Below, in pieces: positions 40,836-55,455 of a DNA stretch of 64,000 nucleotides; within the stretch, counting starts at the first letter, position 1; every line of letters starts with the position of its first letter. Origin of the DNA: Eledone cirrhosa (taxonomy: Eukaryota); the NCBI GenBank assembly GCA_964016885.1, contig OZ024740.1, positions 299,708,001-299,772,000 on the forward strand, written 5' to 3'. Both the position numbers and the translations under genes were made by a program. The notes below the pieces were generated by a model. It worked only from the letters and a program-made list of their open reading frames with translations. It did no database searches and had not been told where the DNA came from.

Positions 40836-41110
40836 GTCCCTTAACAGAATCTGAAGACTATGATGTTGTTGATGATGACGAAGATGATGGTGATGATGAT
40901 GAGCATAGTTTTTCACACAATTCCACTTCCTCCCTCTTACACACTCATACATTCACACACACTCACGCAGAGCTTTGTGCAAAAGTTGAAATATTGATTT
41001 GTTTTTTCGCCGTAGAATTTTCAACATCACCATTCCTTCGTTTTAACTAATTCATCGCACTTTCGGACTTGACACACGGACAGACATGATTCGACATTTA
41101 TTTATATAGA

Positions 41111-41624
41111 CTAGCAGAAAGCCACCCGCTGGGGGGTTTTCTGCTAGCAAGTCGAGTGTATATACTGATATTGTTGAAATTTGGATGAGAAATGTTTTCG
41201 GCACCACATGTTCACCGTCTCTCGGTGTGTCTTTTATGCATGTATAAATATATATGTTATCTATACGGTGAAATCTTTGAAATAAATATATGTTAAAACG
41301 AAAAAGGAGAAAAAGAGATTAGTGACGGAAATATAAACGTTATGATACATAAACGTTATGATATAACGATGGAAATATATAACCGTTTACGATAAAACGA
41401 TGGAAATAGAAACGTTTATATATAATGATAAGCCGAAACACTCGTAAGCCGAAACACTCGTAAGTCGAAACACTCGTAAAGTGAAACGTATAAATAAAGA
41501 TTAATGTAATGAATTTGAAAAGCATAGAGATTTGAAACTGCGTCTATTTGTTTCCTTGGCATTTTTTACAGACGGACAGACAGACAAACAAACAGAGAAA
41601 TGCCCATTATATATTATAAGTAGA
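41111..41624 (-). mobile_element. non-autonomous Helitron
   Basis: 5' TCTACTTATAATATATAA...(TCTG)n; 3' GC-rich hairpin then CTAG; internal 16 bp repeat x3 (41430-41477). Confidence 0.65.
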
Positions 41625-42006
41625 CTTGGCATGGTGTCAAGTCAGAACCGCCTCGAACTGGTTACTTCTGGCTTGTGGAAGGTGTCTCTATAGCAACCAG
41701 CGATTCCCTCGGCCTCAGTGACCAAAGTCAGTGGAGAGGGGAAGGTAATGTTTCTATAGCGACAGTCTTTCTCTTGGTAGTACCAAAGTAGAGAAAGGAA
41801 GGAGAAGGTAATATTTCTGTAGCACGTGTTTTAGCGTCTATTCACTCTCTCTCTCCTTCTCTCCCTCCCGCTATCCCCCTCTCGTAGTCTGTCTCTTTCT
41901 TTCACTCTCTCTCTCTACGCGTGTGCAAAAAACATTCGCACGCGAGCACGTGTTTCCACTGTCGGACAGACAGACAGCGAAATTGCTGGTTATATATATA
42001 AGTAGA
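41625..42006 (-). mobile_element. second non-autonomous Helitron-like unit
   Basis: 5' TCTACTTATATATATAA...CTGTCTGTCTGTCC; putative 3' end CAAG (degenerate CTAG). Confidence 0.5.
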
Positions 42007-42248
42007 TATATACGTTACGTGTATTTTATACGACGAAAAAAAATGAATAGTTTTTGTACTTGACAGGTTTCGGTCAAACGGCTTTACAAGCTTCTCCGTA
42101 TCTAATTTTCTGTTTCACTTCGTAATATTATTGTTACTTATGTTTTTGAAAAATCAAGGGGCGCAACTGGTTGGATATTTTTCTCTTATGTCGACGAAAA
42201 CACAATCCTTCACAAAGGACGACGCACACGCACACACACGCACGCACA

Positions 42249-42307
<59 letters not shown>

Positions 42308-42935
42308 ATATATATATATATTAGGTATTAATTAACAATGAAAATAAAACCAAAAAAGTCAAGTTCTTTGTTGTTTTTATTTTCATTGTTAATCTAATGC
42401 CTAATATCTGACTGTATCTAAGAAATTAACACAGAACTTCTCCATGGATTTCACTGGATTAACCGCCATCGGATTACATTGAGTTCTATCTACGGTACGG
42501 ACCCTGCCACCAAGGGTAGACCACACTGAATTATATATACACACACATACATATATACATGCGCTCCCAGGATTTATTTATTATATATATTATATATATA
42601 GGATGTATTTATTATATAAACGACAACAAAAGGGAAAAACATAATACAACGAAATCCCGTATTAGTTTAACGATTGATCAGCAGAAAAAATATTTCGGAC
42701 GATAATCCTTCATCAGAAAGTAGAACAAAAAGGAAAGAAGAAATAGAAAGATGGGTGACAGTAAATGTGCACGTATGTCTCTTTCACTCCTCTGAAATAA
42801 TTTTCTGCCAGTTTGTGGAATGTGATGAGCAAAGGTACGATAGCTCTCTAATTTCATTTAATCGTGTGTTTCCTAGTCTTTAATTTCTGATTTTATATCA
42901 CATTTATATATTTATTACTGTACTTATTTAGCTGA

Positions 42936-43123
42936 GGTGGATTGGCAGTATTGGTAGAGGGTCGGACCCCATGCTTTGTAGCATAGAGATACGCTCATTT
43001 ACGGCCTGAGTTCAAATATCACCGAGGTTAAGTTTGCCTTTCATCCTAACGAGGTGGATAAAATGAAGTTATAGTAATGCACTGTGATAATTGCTTGCTT
43101 TGTGCGAAGAGTAGAAACAATTA
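42936..43123 (+). mobile_element. tRNA-derived SINE (3377 family)
   Basis: GGATTGGCAGTATTGGTAGAGGGTCGGAC...GAGTTCAAAT...TTTGCCTTTCATCC...GTAGAAACAATTA. Confidence 0.85.
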
Positions 43124-43539
43124 TATTAAATTACTTATGATGTTTCCGGCTTGTGAACGCTACGTTATTTTCGCCGCTGGTGAGATTCTTTTTTCATTTT
43201 GATTTTATTTTTGTCGCCAATTGTCACAGAATTGTGATACATTCGATTATATAAGGTTCTTTCTATCCATCGAAGAAACATTTTCCATTTAATTATCGGG
43301 GAACGGGCTGAAACACTCGATTCAAAGTAGGAGTTTGTTCTCTATTTTCCCCCTAAACTCAAAAATGACCAGTTCTTTGATTGGTGAAAATGATGAATCA
43401 GCATTTTTAAAAGATGCTGAAGCGAGTAGGGGGAATGATTCAGAAGTTTTCAGCACTTTTCATAGCAGTAAACAAAGCTAGCCATAGCTGTACTACGAAA
43501 CACGGCAAAAGCAACAACAAAAAACAACTTTAACTTATG

Positions 43540-43605
43540 TTTACTCTTTTACTCTTTTACCTGTTACAGCATTCCGGCTGACGCCATGCTGCGGTACCGC
43601 CCTTT
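43540..43605 (-). mobile_element. 3' tail fragment of an octopus-type SINE
   Basis: TTTACTCTTTTACTCTTTTAC...GCCATGCTG.GG.ACCGCC.TT resembles a tail recalled from Octopus SINEs. Confidence 0.5.
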
Positions 43606-44916
43606 GTATATAAATTTTCATTTATCTATTTATTTAGCTTTTTAAAATTTTGTTTCGTTGGATCTCTCTTAGACTAAAATGGGGTTAGTTGGTTTGTAAT
43701 TGGCTTTCCGATTTGTCCGTGTTTATATATTCGTTACGAGGGTTTTTTACCCGGGGAATATTATTTGATTTGTTTAAATGGTAATTGCGTGGTTTTCATT
43801 TTAATCGCTCTTGCTATTTATTCGTTGAATTGATTAGTCCTTTGAGTTTGTTGTCAATAGTGTGTTTTTTCTTTATGGTTGTTAGTCTAGTAAGTAAATT
43901 ATAATTTTATATCAACCCTGATTTTATGAGATACGGTCATGGTGTGTTTTTCCGAATGATTGATTGAATTGAATATTGAATTGCTTCGCGAGTTGAATTC
44001 GGTCTGGTTCTGATCTGTTTAAGTGTTAAATAATTGTCATTAAAGTGGATTATTTGGTACTTCCTTAATTGTGAATCAAGACTGATGTGATGGTTAGTTA
44101 TTTATTGAGACTAGAATGAATATAATGTAATTTGATTTTAGTTTTCATTTCTGCATTAGTAGGTTATGGAGAGAAGGTGTTAATCGATGGTGTATTTGAA
44201 ATCGTGTAGTTGCACTGCTTACTAACGGATTGGCTGTTACTGAAGATTTAGAGAAATTACATAAGGAAATGCCTGCAATCTCATGAGGTTCATTACATAC
44301 TTATAAGTAATTAGAATGGGTTTGTTATATCTATGCATTGAAGTATGTATTTATTATGGTTCCGTTCGCGTGGTTAGTTTAGTTTATATTCTGTGTGGCA
44401 TGATTTGAGTAAGTTAGGTGGAGATAAGAAAATTGGTATGTAGTCATTAGTTGGGCCCAAAGACAGTATTAGATTGGGGTCACATTTCCACGTTTATATA
44501 TGGCGCACACGAATAATTGATGTATCTATCAATCTCTTTCTCCCCCACCCTCTCTCTCTCTATATATATATATATAAATGTGTGTGTATGCGCGGGTGTT
44601 TGTGCGTGTGTGTGTGTCCATGTGTGTGCGTGCGTGTGTGTGAGAGTTTGTGTGTGTGTATGTATTCCGGCATTGCATTACTGAAATTTGATGAGCTTTT
44701 GATTCCAGAGTTGGGCCCGATCGATACAGATCAAACCTTGAGTTGATAAATCACGAAACACGCATCACACCTCAATAAGCCTAATGAAAATTTGACACAT
44801 CATCCATATTATTATATGTATGTATGCACACGTGTGTGAGTGTGTAGTTCGAGAAAAGACAAGACAAACACAGAGTTTTATGCACGGGAACGAAGATAAG
44901 GAAAATAGAAAAAGGC

Positions 44917-44974
<58 letters not shown>

Positions 44975-46180
44975 CAATAACCGACGTATTTTCGTCGGTC
45001 TATTTCATACCACCACTCCCAATAGTGTTTTGGGCGTATGTTTTATATATTGTATACATAGATATATATATATGCACCTATAAATAAATATATGTATAGA
45101 TTCATATACATACATACACACATCATTTTTCACACATATATAATTATAATATACACCTATGTGTGTGCTATTAAATATCTACATGCGTGTGTGTGTTCAA
45201 GTGGAATTTTCTTTCGTGCTCGACGTTCATTTTCCTTCTGTCTCTTGCCAGAATGAAAACCTATTAGAATTCAATATTAATATTAGATTCTTTAGAAATT
45301 CGAATCTTCACAGAGAATTTCATAATTATATCATTTCTTTTGATATCTGTCGATTGTAGCACCCGGTCCAATTCAGCAAATGTCTTTTGATGTCCCTCTT
45401 TTAACTGACGATATCGTTTATGAGTTTTAATTTTGACACATAAGGTTAAAACGCTGTAACCTAAAATGTTTTCATTTCAATAGCAATTAATGATTTTTTT
45501 TTCTTCAGAATACAACAATTCTGGTGAAATAAGCATAATAGCTCTACACTGAAATTATAATTACTCATAGAACATACCATTTATCCTTATTATTTTTTTT
45601 CTTTCGTTTATCGACACGTATTACACGTCACACCCGTAAGTTTGTTGTTATTACATTGTTTCCCAACATATTTTGTTAAACATTTGAGATTGCTTTTTAT
45701 ATAAACTTTCCAGTATCGTCGTGGGGTCTTTATGGTCCAAACAGGTGTGTGTTTTCCAAACACGTACCAATTTAAACAAAATAATAACATGGGTCACGAT
45801 AAGACCTCTTCCGCTGAATCGGATACCAGGCTCTACACCAATGTCACAACTGTACCTACCACCCCATTTATTGTATTGCTATCAGCAAAAAGAACAACAA
45901 GCACATCAGTAGAAATAACAGTAATTGTACAAACAACAACAATATCAGCGACGACGAAGACAACAACTTTAACAACCAAAGCCCAAATAATCATGTGCAA
46001 CAACAAGTGTGCATGAACTTGATTTCCCGTACTACCAATGTCTACCATTGTGAACGCCGTTACCTCACCTCCATAACTCCCCTACCACCACAATCCCCAT
46101 CACTACAGCAACAACAAAAATACAAAACAACCAAGCAATAAAAAACAACATAAACAACCACAACAATAGTAACAATAATG

Positions 46181-46215
46181 ATTAGCAGTGGTACCCGGCG
46201 TTGCACGGGATAAGG
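46181..46215 (-). mobile_element. Helitron 3' terminus (5' boundary undefined)
   Basis: Minus strand CCCGTGCAACGCCGGGTACCACTGCTAA is homologous to the hairpin plus CTAG end at 62820-62848. Confidence 0.6.
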
Positions 46216-47071
46216 TATTTTAGAACGCGGGCCGCCAACAGACTTAATCGTAGAAAAACTGCATGCCTGGACAATATGTAAAGAAAATAAACCGAATACA
46301 TTGATGGCTGGATAATCTAAGATTTTCCTCGATGAAGCAGGAAAAAGGCATGTTTTCACCTAATGTCGTCCCTAGGAGATCAAGAAAATGAATTTTTGTC
46401 GGCAATGTAAACGATCGTAGAGCCATTCTAAAACAACAGTACAGAATCACGTAATTAGTGAACACCTGTTGAGAGTATCAAGTTTAATTGTAGACGACAA
46501 ATGATCATCAGCTGTGTATGCATTTTCCTTCAATAACAAAATCAGGGCAGGTGTCGTCGAAAAACATTCTTAGTAAAGCTCTCTATATTAAGAAACAGTT
46601 ACAGTCAACATAAATGACCGCATGCCGTGAATTAGAAAGCAGGGTAGAGAAAACTACATCAAATAATTTCTTTCCAGACAAATATACGACGCCTTTCCAA
46701 ATAAGTTTTAAAAAATACAATATAAGAAAAGGTAATTGAAAACATTCCCGAGGAAATCATTTAAAGTAGAACAACACCAATAAAGACATAGGCCAACAGA
46801 ACAAAAGAAAAACAATCACCGTGATTAAGTGTTTCCACAAGAGAATAACAGTTAAAATATAATAGCAGCAATGAGAAGAACAGTTAGTTAATTTATGTTT
46901 GTATAATAGCTAATTGCTTCTTACTATTTTCTCAGGTTAGCATGTGTAAAATGAGCAATTTTAGATGATTTCATTTACTTCCATCTCAGTCATGTTGACC
47001 GCTCTACCACCCATTCAACTAGGTAGTACTTAAATAATCTCGAGAACTTATTTCATTCATCTTTCTAGATG

Positions 47072-47105
<34 letters not shown>

Positions 47106-48371
47106 TGCGTGTGCCTATGTCTGTAAACCAGCATGAATGCACCCTGAATGGTGGAGATGGTTTCTCGTACTGTTATCAACATATAACGAATTTAGAATTA
47201 TAAACTCGATATATTACAACTGCATGTAATAAATCATCTTGGAGAATCAGATGTATTTGTAGCTGAGTAATTAAATAGACAAATTCATGTACCTGGCTAG
47301 CATCCACCTGCTGGAACAATTGGATGCTTAATTTCTTTGTGTCTGGTTCGTTCCCGAGCCGCAGGTGGTGAAAACCGATTAACCAAAAACGAGATTTAGA
47401 TAACACCATTAAAGATAATTGTACAATGAAATTGAAAACGTGATCAATTAATTTCATATTTTATTCAAAATCCAATTAACATTTTTTAAAACATAATTAG
47501 CAAAATTAATTTAACAAAATTGATAAAAAATCAATCCAAGATAATATCTTCTAAAAGTTTGTTATTCATTTAGCTACACACATCCATGATATTAATTTAA
47601 CTACACTCTTTCATAATGCGTTTCAATATATTAGTGGCATAAAACATTTCGTACTATAGGTCGACGCCATTTTTATTTTTCATGCCACAATCCAATCTTT
47701 TAGTCCTTTCTAGTCACGACTCTTATTAGGAAATATATAAATCAATTTTTGTTTTTGGTCATTTTGTGAGTTTATGTTCTCGAATTACGAGTAAGTTGAT
47801 ATTTATTTATTTCGATATTTCTTAAACAAATATTACTTACAAAACAAATATAGTGTACTATTTCTATTTACTGTTTATACTTCTGTAGACTTTTCAGTCA
47901 TACAGCTTACTCTTACGTCACTGTTTATTTTAAGGAAGACAGGCTTTTTACGGCCGCAACGAAAGCAGTTGGCCGGTTGGGAAGCGTGGATTTTCCGAAA
48001 TGGAAATGATCAATCTTGAACAGTTTGGCTTAGATAGTTGACGTATTATAATTTCTGAAATGTCGGTGTTACCATGAATTCGCGATTACCATTTTTGGTG
48101 GTAAGTTTTTGCTTCATTTATGTGAGTGGTGAGACTATAATGTTTCTTGGTGTGGCACCATATCCTGGTGCGCAGGCGACGTTAGCAGATTAACTTTTCT
48201 GTAAGCCCACTTGCCAAGCACCCCGGATTATGAACAGGAAATAAGCTTATAGCACTTCAATGTCCCTTATTTAATAGTGCCACCGATCCCCAGAAGATAC
48301 CTGTACAGATAATTTCTTAGCAGGACCTCCCCCTATATAAGAGGTATGAATTCTTGCACGACTTAAATAAT

Positions 48372-48562
48372 TGTTTCTACTTTTGGCACAAGGCCAGAAA
48401 TTATCCCTGTGTATTACTGGTACTTTATTTTATCGACTCCGTAAGGATGAAAGGCAAAGTTAACCTAGACAGGATCTGAAATCAGACCATAAAGAGCCGT
48501 CACTCTTTACTGCAAAGAATGGCGTCAGACCCTCTACCGATACTGCCAATCCACCACCCCTT
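48372..48562 (-). mobile_element. tRNA-derived SINE with 15 bp TSD
   Basis: 3377 family; CACGACTTAAATAAT at 48357-48371 and 48563-48577. Confidence 0.9.
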
Positions 48563-51141
48563 CACGACTTAAATAATACAGTCGTATCAGATGGCATGCA
48601 ATGCTGATTCCCTTCAAGTATACTCAGGGAGCAGTAACTTTCGAGTGATGACATTCTCAACATGAATACAGGGAAAAAGACGTAAATTCATGCACCTTGG
48701 TTTTTCATTCTCTTTCTCATACAAACATATATATTTCAAACATAAGAAACAAACTTGGCAAAATAATCTGTTGGAAAAATTTCCCATCCTTTACACCTTT
48801 ATAGATCAGTATCCATTTAAATATGGCTCATTCAACTATCTAATAACACAGTACACCACGAATTGAAAATCCATGGTCGCTCATCCAGCTAGAAACCACA
48901 GGTAACCTCACTAAAATTATCACAGTATATGTTACAAAAGAGCAGCACTCTGAAAAATATATTTCACGATGTAAAAAAAGATGGCTAATTTTGGAAGATG
49001 TTCAATAATATATATGCACGATCGGAACTTAACTTGTGTTAAACCACAATAATAAAAACAGAATCCACACATAAAAATCCTCCATGAGACACATAATACT
49101 CGCATTGTATATGTGTGCCCAATGCACATCCAGGTATTCTGGTTCGTTGCCGAGGCGATTTCTATTAATTTGCCCATACTCTCCATTTCACCACTCTTTA
49201 TCTAATGTTGAGTCACTACTGAAGGCTACTTAAAGACGGAGTTAAACAAACTAGCATGTAATGTTATGTTTCCCTGTTGTGCCAACATGCCGCGATACAG
49301 CTATCAACTTCTCTATGCAACAAGCTATATATTTTTATTTTATATAGTTAGACAAACTGGCACAGTAATTCGAAAATGTTAACCTTTGTCGGGATACAAA
49401 AACGCAGGCGACATGATGAAAATCGCCGGATCTATTCGACCAGCTGATACCTGATTAATTGTGTTACAATATAGTGAGTCAATGACTGCGAATTATCTGG
49501 AGGAATAAATTATCTTCTAATGTACATAGGCTCCAGTTTTAATATGAAAGATAAGCAAATTCCAGATTAAAATGGCGTCTATAAAAATATCAAATATAAT
49601 ACTGTTTTCCTGTTTAAGACGCACAGTATTATATCTTGTATAATACAATGTCTATATTGCCTTAGGGTATGCATTTTTAATTCATATACAATAGCATTAT
49701 TTACAAATATCCCCAGCCTCATATTTCTCCGAGAATAATGTGTCTGTTATTTGTTAAAAGCAACTCATTTTGCAATGACTAATTCGCGAGAGAGAAAAAT
49801 TTAATTTGTAAGGAAAAAATAAAGAGAACATATCGATATTTTCCGAAGTTCATTTTCCGTTATTTTTATTTTAATATAAAACAGAAAAAAGAGGTTATTA
49901 ATTTTTATGAAAAAAAAATTTCAATTATAATATCTAATCTCACGAAGCCATACATCTAGCATTGAAATTACAAAGTCTTCAGACAAGAAGTGCTACTGAT
50001 TCCACAGGGAGAAAATTACAGTTAAATTAGTTACCCAGATTGTCAAAAAAAAAAAAAAAAAATTAAGAAGAGAAAAAAAAAATTGTTTGCCAGAATTATA
50101 AGCTCTGCTTTTCAAAGTTCGCGACCAAACATTTGCAGCTGGTGACAACTACACGCAATAAATTAATAAATGGAGACAACATAATGAAATAACTAATGTG
50201 TAAAATAAAATAAAAGAAATAAAAAAAAAGGACACTGAACGAAAAAAAAGTATAAATTTACAGCAGCCTGTCTATTAACTGTTTATTGTTTCAATCTGAA
50301 AACGAAAGGAAGATAAAGGGTTAAGTTATGAGAAGTATAATGAATAACATTCAGCTGATAATAGCGATTCATATGCAGTTTTTGCAGTGTAAAATTCCTT
50401 TCATCATACTGTCGATAATATCGATAATTTTGGCACCTCAGCGTTACCAAACATCATTGAAGCTATCGAATATTTTATCTCATACTATTGCGAGTTATTC
50501 TTTCTATTCCACAGACTTCATTCCACCCTACACCGTACAGGTCATGTAGATTCCTATAAGTCTAGACGGAACTGAGTCATTTTTAACATTGAACTGACAT
50601 GTTAGGAGTGGAATAATTGAAATATGGAACCAATCTAATCTGATTTGCTCCATATTTTAGAATATGCTCTATTGAACTGGCTCCCCAAATACCCATACAT
50701 ATGTGCGTAATTCACTAAAAACTTCTGCAGATTTACACTTTAACGTTTGCTTGCATTTAGGAATGACATTAAATAAACGATATCAACATTTAAATACTGT
50801 CCATACATCAAGTAAAGCTATTTTAAATGCTGATATCGGGTATCTTATCTCATTCCTAAATACACACATATATATATCAAAAGCATGTATTGAGTTAGAA
50901 ATTCAAAATAGTCTCATTACAGTAACATTAGCTCTAGGAAAAAGGTTTTTTCGGGCCTTATAGTATAACTGAACAAAAAAGAAAAACGAACACAGACATA
51001 TACATGTATGTGTTCAAATCGTAATGGACCAGAAATGCTCAGGTGAAAAAAATACTAACTACAGACAATAGGGTTTGCTAGACTCAATTTAAGAATAAAT
51101 CAAGAAAAATAAATACAAATCAGTATTGTGGTGACTACCAA

Positions 51142-51223
51142 TCACCCGGACGGTTTTTGATAGAACCGTTTCGCAATATTATTTGTGAAGTGGTATAACA
51201 AATTCTTAGCACATCAGCAGGTG
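51142..51223 (-). ncRNA. type I hammerhead ribozyme with one core mutation (CUGAUGU)
   Basis: TCACCTG-CTGATGT-GC..GC-GAAA-CGGTT(8 nt loop)AACCG-TC-CGGGTGA; 7 bp stem I, 6 bp stem III, GUC site. Confidence 0.7.
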
Positions 51224-51370
51224 AAGAATTAGTATCCTGATCACTTCTAAATAAAATAAAGAACTGGATAGTGTGTGTATATGTAACGCACATGGTTTCC
51301 GAACTGGTCCATTACGATTTGAACGCATACATGTATATGTCTGTGTTCGTTTTTATTTCTTGTTCAGTTA

Positions 51371-51451
<81 letters not shown>

Positions 51452-52056
51452 CTTCTCTCACTTAAAAATATACTTACGCTCTTCTCTCCTCACTATTTTC
51501 ACTGTCAAAAATTATATATAATCGGTCCTTTTTTTCTTTCTTTCTTTTTTCTCTCTCCCTCACATATCACCTTCTTGCAACAGTTTAATTTAAATAAACC
51601 GTTATCTGTTCAACCTTTCGGACACTCATTTGCATACTCAATCATAATTTTCTATCATCCTCAATAAATGCAATATCTCCACTATCCAGGAAGCTCCAAC
51701 TGTTAAGGTTGTCTTTTTTAAGGGTATGTCAATATTTATTTATAAAACAAATTTGTATTGTATTTCATCTGATAAAAGCGCACCATAATTTGCCTTGGTG
51801 GCCCTTGAAATATGTATAATAAAATAAATATGGTTTTGTAAATATAGTTTCCATTTGTTAATATATTGTATATTTACTCCACAAATCTGTTGAGTGCTTT
51901 ATATCAGATATAAAAATGTTTAAGCTTGTTGAATCCCAACAAATTAAATATAACCTCTGCATATATATATATATATATGTATGTATGTGTGTGTGTGTGT
52001 AGATCTTGAGGGAAATCGGGGTATCCACAGTAAATAGGGTACATACACACACGCAC

Positions 52057-52123
<67 letters not shown>

Positions 52124-52429
52124 CATATTTATATGTATGTGTGTGTGTGTGTTTGTTAGTGTGTGCATGTGTATGTGTGCATGTGTGTCCGTGTCCGGGG
52201 GTGTATGTGTATGTGTGTGTAAAAAGTAAACTGAAAAAGATAAAGCAAACGTTAAAATATTTTTTCTGTTATTTCGAGTGGTAAACTTATATATTTCTTC
52301 ATTGTATTTTGTCGTTTGCTTCATCGCAAGTAAAATATAGAATGAAAAGATAAAAAGTGAGAAGTGGAAGGAACGGGAGAGTCTGAAAATAAAAGAGCTC
52401 ACGTGCTTATTCCGTCAGCGATTTTGGAG

Positions 52430-53380
52430 ATTATTATTATTTTTATTGTTGTTGTGCTATTTCGTTTAAGCCAGTTCTACTTCTCTGTTGCCGGGTTGAA
52501 GCATTGAACCTAGGGCAATAGATGTTTTCATTGTAGAGAGAGAACTCGTCTGTGAATATGAGCTGTTCTTAGTAGCCCAATCTTCTGTAGCTCATATTTG
52601 CTGATCTTGCAGGGAAGGATGCTAACGTGTAAGTCTGAGGATTTGGGTATTAATCCTAATGCTCCTATTGCCACAGGGAAAGCATTTGTGGTCATCCTCC
52701 ACATGCAGTTGACCTCTATTTCCAGGTTTAAGTATATTGACAGCTTTTCCATTGTCTTTATAACATATTCTTGTCAGCTGGTACGGAAATAGTTATAAGG
52801 CTACAGGTCGGATCTGTATTGTTTTTTATGATGATATCTAGTCTTTTAGCAGCGATTTCTCGGTCGGTTATCACAGGCATATCCCACAAGATGGATATGT
52901 TGCCCTTTTCCATGACTGTTTTTGGTTGATGTTCATACTATTTGTTAGAAGTTTGAATTTCCTGAAAGCGACAGAGCATCCAGCGCACATAATTGTGGTA
53001 ATGGGGTTATGTCTTTCGATATAGTCAGATTTTGACAATTCTGGACATCTGGAGATAACAGGATCTACCGTTTCTTCATGTTTGTAGCATATTCTGCATA
53101 GAGGGCTAGTTCCATCTTTCATTATTCTGTGTCTATAGGTCCGAGTGTTTAGAGACTGGTCTTGTGCAGTAACTAAAGGTCCCCAATCTTTGCTTTCAAA
53201 CCAACAATTCTGAGCCAAGATAGTGAGCCATGCGGATCGATATCATTGTCAGAAAGTGTTTTTGGGAATCTACCATATAGTCATTTGGACTTTCGTTGCT
53301 TTGATCTTCCCATTGATAGCTAGCTGTGCAGCACTCTGTTGATTTTCTAGGGGTATGTCTTGTTCCATGTTGGCCTTGTG
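52430..53380 (-). mobile_element. 3' fragment of R4/Dong-type element
   Basis: AQDQSLNTR, CRICYKHEETVD, PVAIGALGLIPK, LQKIGLLRTAHI; ends in (TAA)n. Confidence 0.85.
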
Positions 53381-53469
53381 CGTAAATCAGAATTCTTAAA
53401 AAAAAAATATATATATATATATACATATATATTACGCACACACAAATACGCACGTGTATATATGAAATA

Positions 53470-55455
53470 TTGATCTGGAAGATCAATGGGTGATGTTTGG
53501 GACAGCAGTGACAGAAGCAGCACAAGAAACCGTTGGCCGAAGGCGAGGAACGAGGAGTGAACAATGAATCCAGGAACCAACGTGGAACCTGATTGACGAG
53601 CGTAAGAAAGTGAAAGATGAACGAGATTCTGCAAGATCAGGGTAAGACCAAGGGAAAAGAGATGCCACATAACGCCAAATCGACCGACTATTAAATCTTA
53701 GATGCCGGCGGGTCAAACGCGTTTGGATGGATAAAAACGGTGCTGAGGCAGGGAAAGCTGCTGGTCAACACGGCACGAAAACACAGTTCCATATCGCGAG
53801 GGAGTTGACGGGAGTGTCGAGCGGTGCCAACATGCCAGTGAAGGACAAAATGGCAAGCCATTGACCACTGGAGCAGAACAGGACCAGGGATGGATGGAGC
53901 ACTTCCGGGAGATGCGGAACCACCCAAATCCATTTTCCCTGATAGACTTGACCGCATAGATTCCAGCAACTACTGCGGTACTCAAGGTGTGCGAGGACCA
54001 AATCACCAAGCGGGAGACGAGATATGCGATCAGCGACTTGAGGAACGGCAAAGCAGGTGGGCTAGATCTCTACAGAGTTGATCGAATTCGGTGAGGATAG
54101 CATGTTAACGGCGTTGACAAACTTGATGAACCACTGCTGAAGGGTTGGTCGGGTTCCTCTTGAGTGGAAACGTGGTGTCATCGTAAAACTGCCGGAGAAG
54201 GGAGACCTGGCCTACTGCAACAACTGGCACGGTATCACGTTGCTGTCAGTTCTAGGTACGCTGTTCTGCACTGTGTTGCAGAGTCGACAGGCTGTCGACT
54301 CTGTGCTCCTGGAAGTACGAGCCGACTTCCGAAACAATCGATCTTCCACTACGCAATAGCTTCAAACAATACGTTGAGCTCCATCACCCTTTGGCGGCTA
54401 ACTTCATTCGACAGTGTGCATCGGAAATCGCTATAAAATATTGCGCACTCATACGGCATTCCTAAAAGATTCATCGCCATTTTTTTCAAGGCCCAGTACA
54501 CACACTCCAGGTGCTGCGTGCGAACTAAGTCCGGTGTGACGGAGTTCTTTGACATTGTCTCCGTAGTCAGACAGAGTTGCATTCTCTCTCCGCTGTTGTG
54601 GCTGTTGGCAGCCGAACAGATGAAGGACCCGGATGAGGAATCCCATGGCAAGGCCTGTCAAGGCTGAGGAACCTGACATTCGCCGACGACTTTGCTTTGA
54701 TTACTGAAGACCATGCAGATATGTTAGCCCTAACAACAACTCTGCGAGAGATTGCCGAAAAGATCGGCCTGAGAATCAACACCAAAAAGACTAAGGTGTG
54801 TTGAGAACAGCCAACAACTCAGGTCCAGTGATCAGAATCATACAGTAAGACCTGGAAGAAGTCGATCACTTCACCTACATGTGGAGCATCCTGGCAACCG
54901 ATGGAGACGCGGAGCTCGACATCAGCTGCCGGATCGGCAACAGAGCCGCAGTTTTCCAGCGGTTGCACCCAATTTGTTCGTCTTCATGCATCAGCACCAG
55001 CATCAAGCTGCGCCTGTACAAGAGCATCTTGCTGCCGGCAGTGCTTTATGGGAGCGAAACCTGGAAGAGCAAGGCAAAGAAAGAGAGGCGGCTGAAAGCT
55101 TTCCACCAGTGGTGGCTGCCAATGATCCTTCGTGCGTCCTGATGAGACCGCATGCGAAACGAGGAAATACTTTAATGTGCCGCGTTGTGGACTCTACAGA
55201 GGATGGTCACGGAGCACCAGTGCCACCTGGCTGGCCATATTGTGTGCCTTGCCTGACGAACGACACTCGAAAGAGCGATGACCTGGACTCCCCCTGACAT
55301 CAAACGGAGGTTGGGTTCCCTAGGGTCTCCTGACGACGAACGTTCCGAAAAGACTTGATGGCAGCCAACATCACTTGGCACGGACGCGAAAAAGCTGCCG
55401 TTGATTGTGAAGATTGTTGAGTACTTACGGCGCGGAAGAACCTAAAACTAAGAAG
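53470..55455 (+). mobile_element. decayed RTE/BovB-like LINE
   Basis: WKRGVIVKLPEKGDLAYCNNWHGITLLS, LTFADDFAL, RLYKSILLPAVLYGSETW; many frameshifts. Confidence 0.85.

Noticed and set aside
43640-44470. Possible decayed Penelope ORF (also 14600-15100)
   Set aside because: Only faint motif resemblance and no translatable stretch; needs a profile-HMM search
45732-46180. Thr-rich mucin-like ORF
   Set aside because: Decayed (ACA)n low-complexity sequence with no splice or homology support
47341-49160. Shared RLGNEP peptide (TCTGGTTCGTT.CCGAG.CG) at 47342 and 49138
   Set aside because: Only about 20 nt; likely chance or degenerate B boxes
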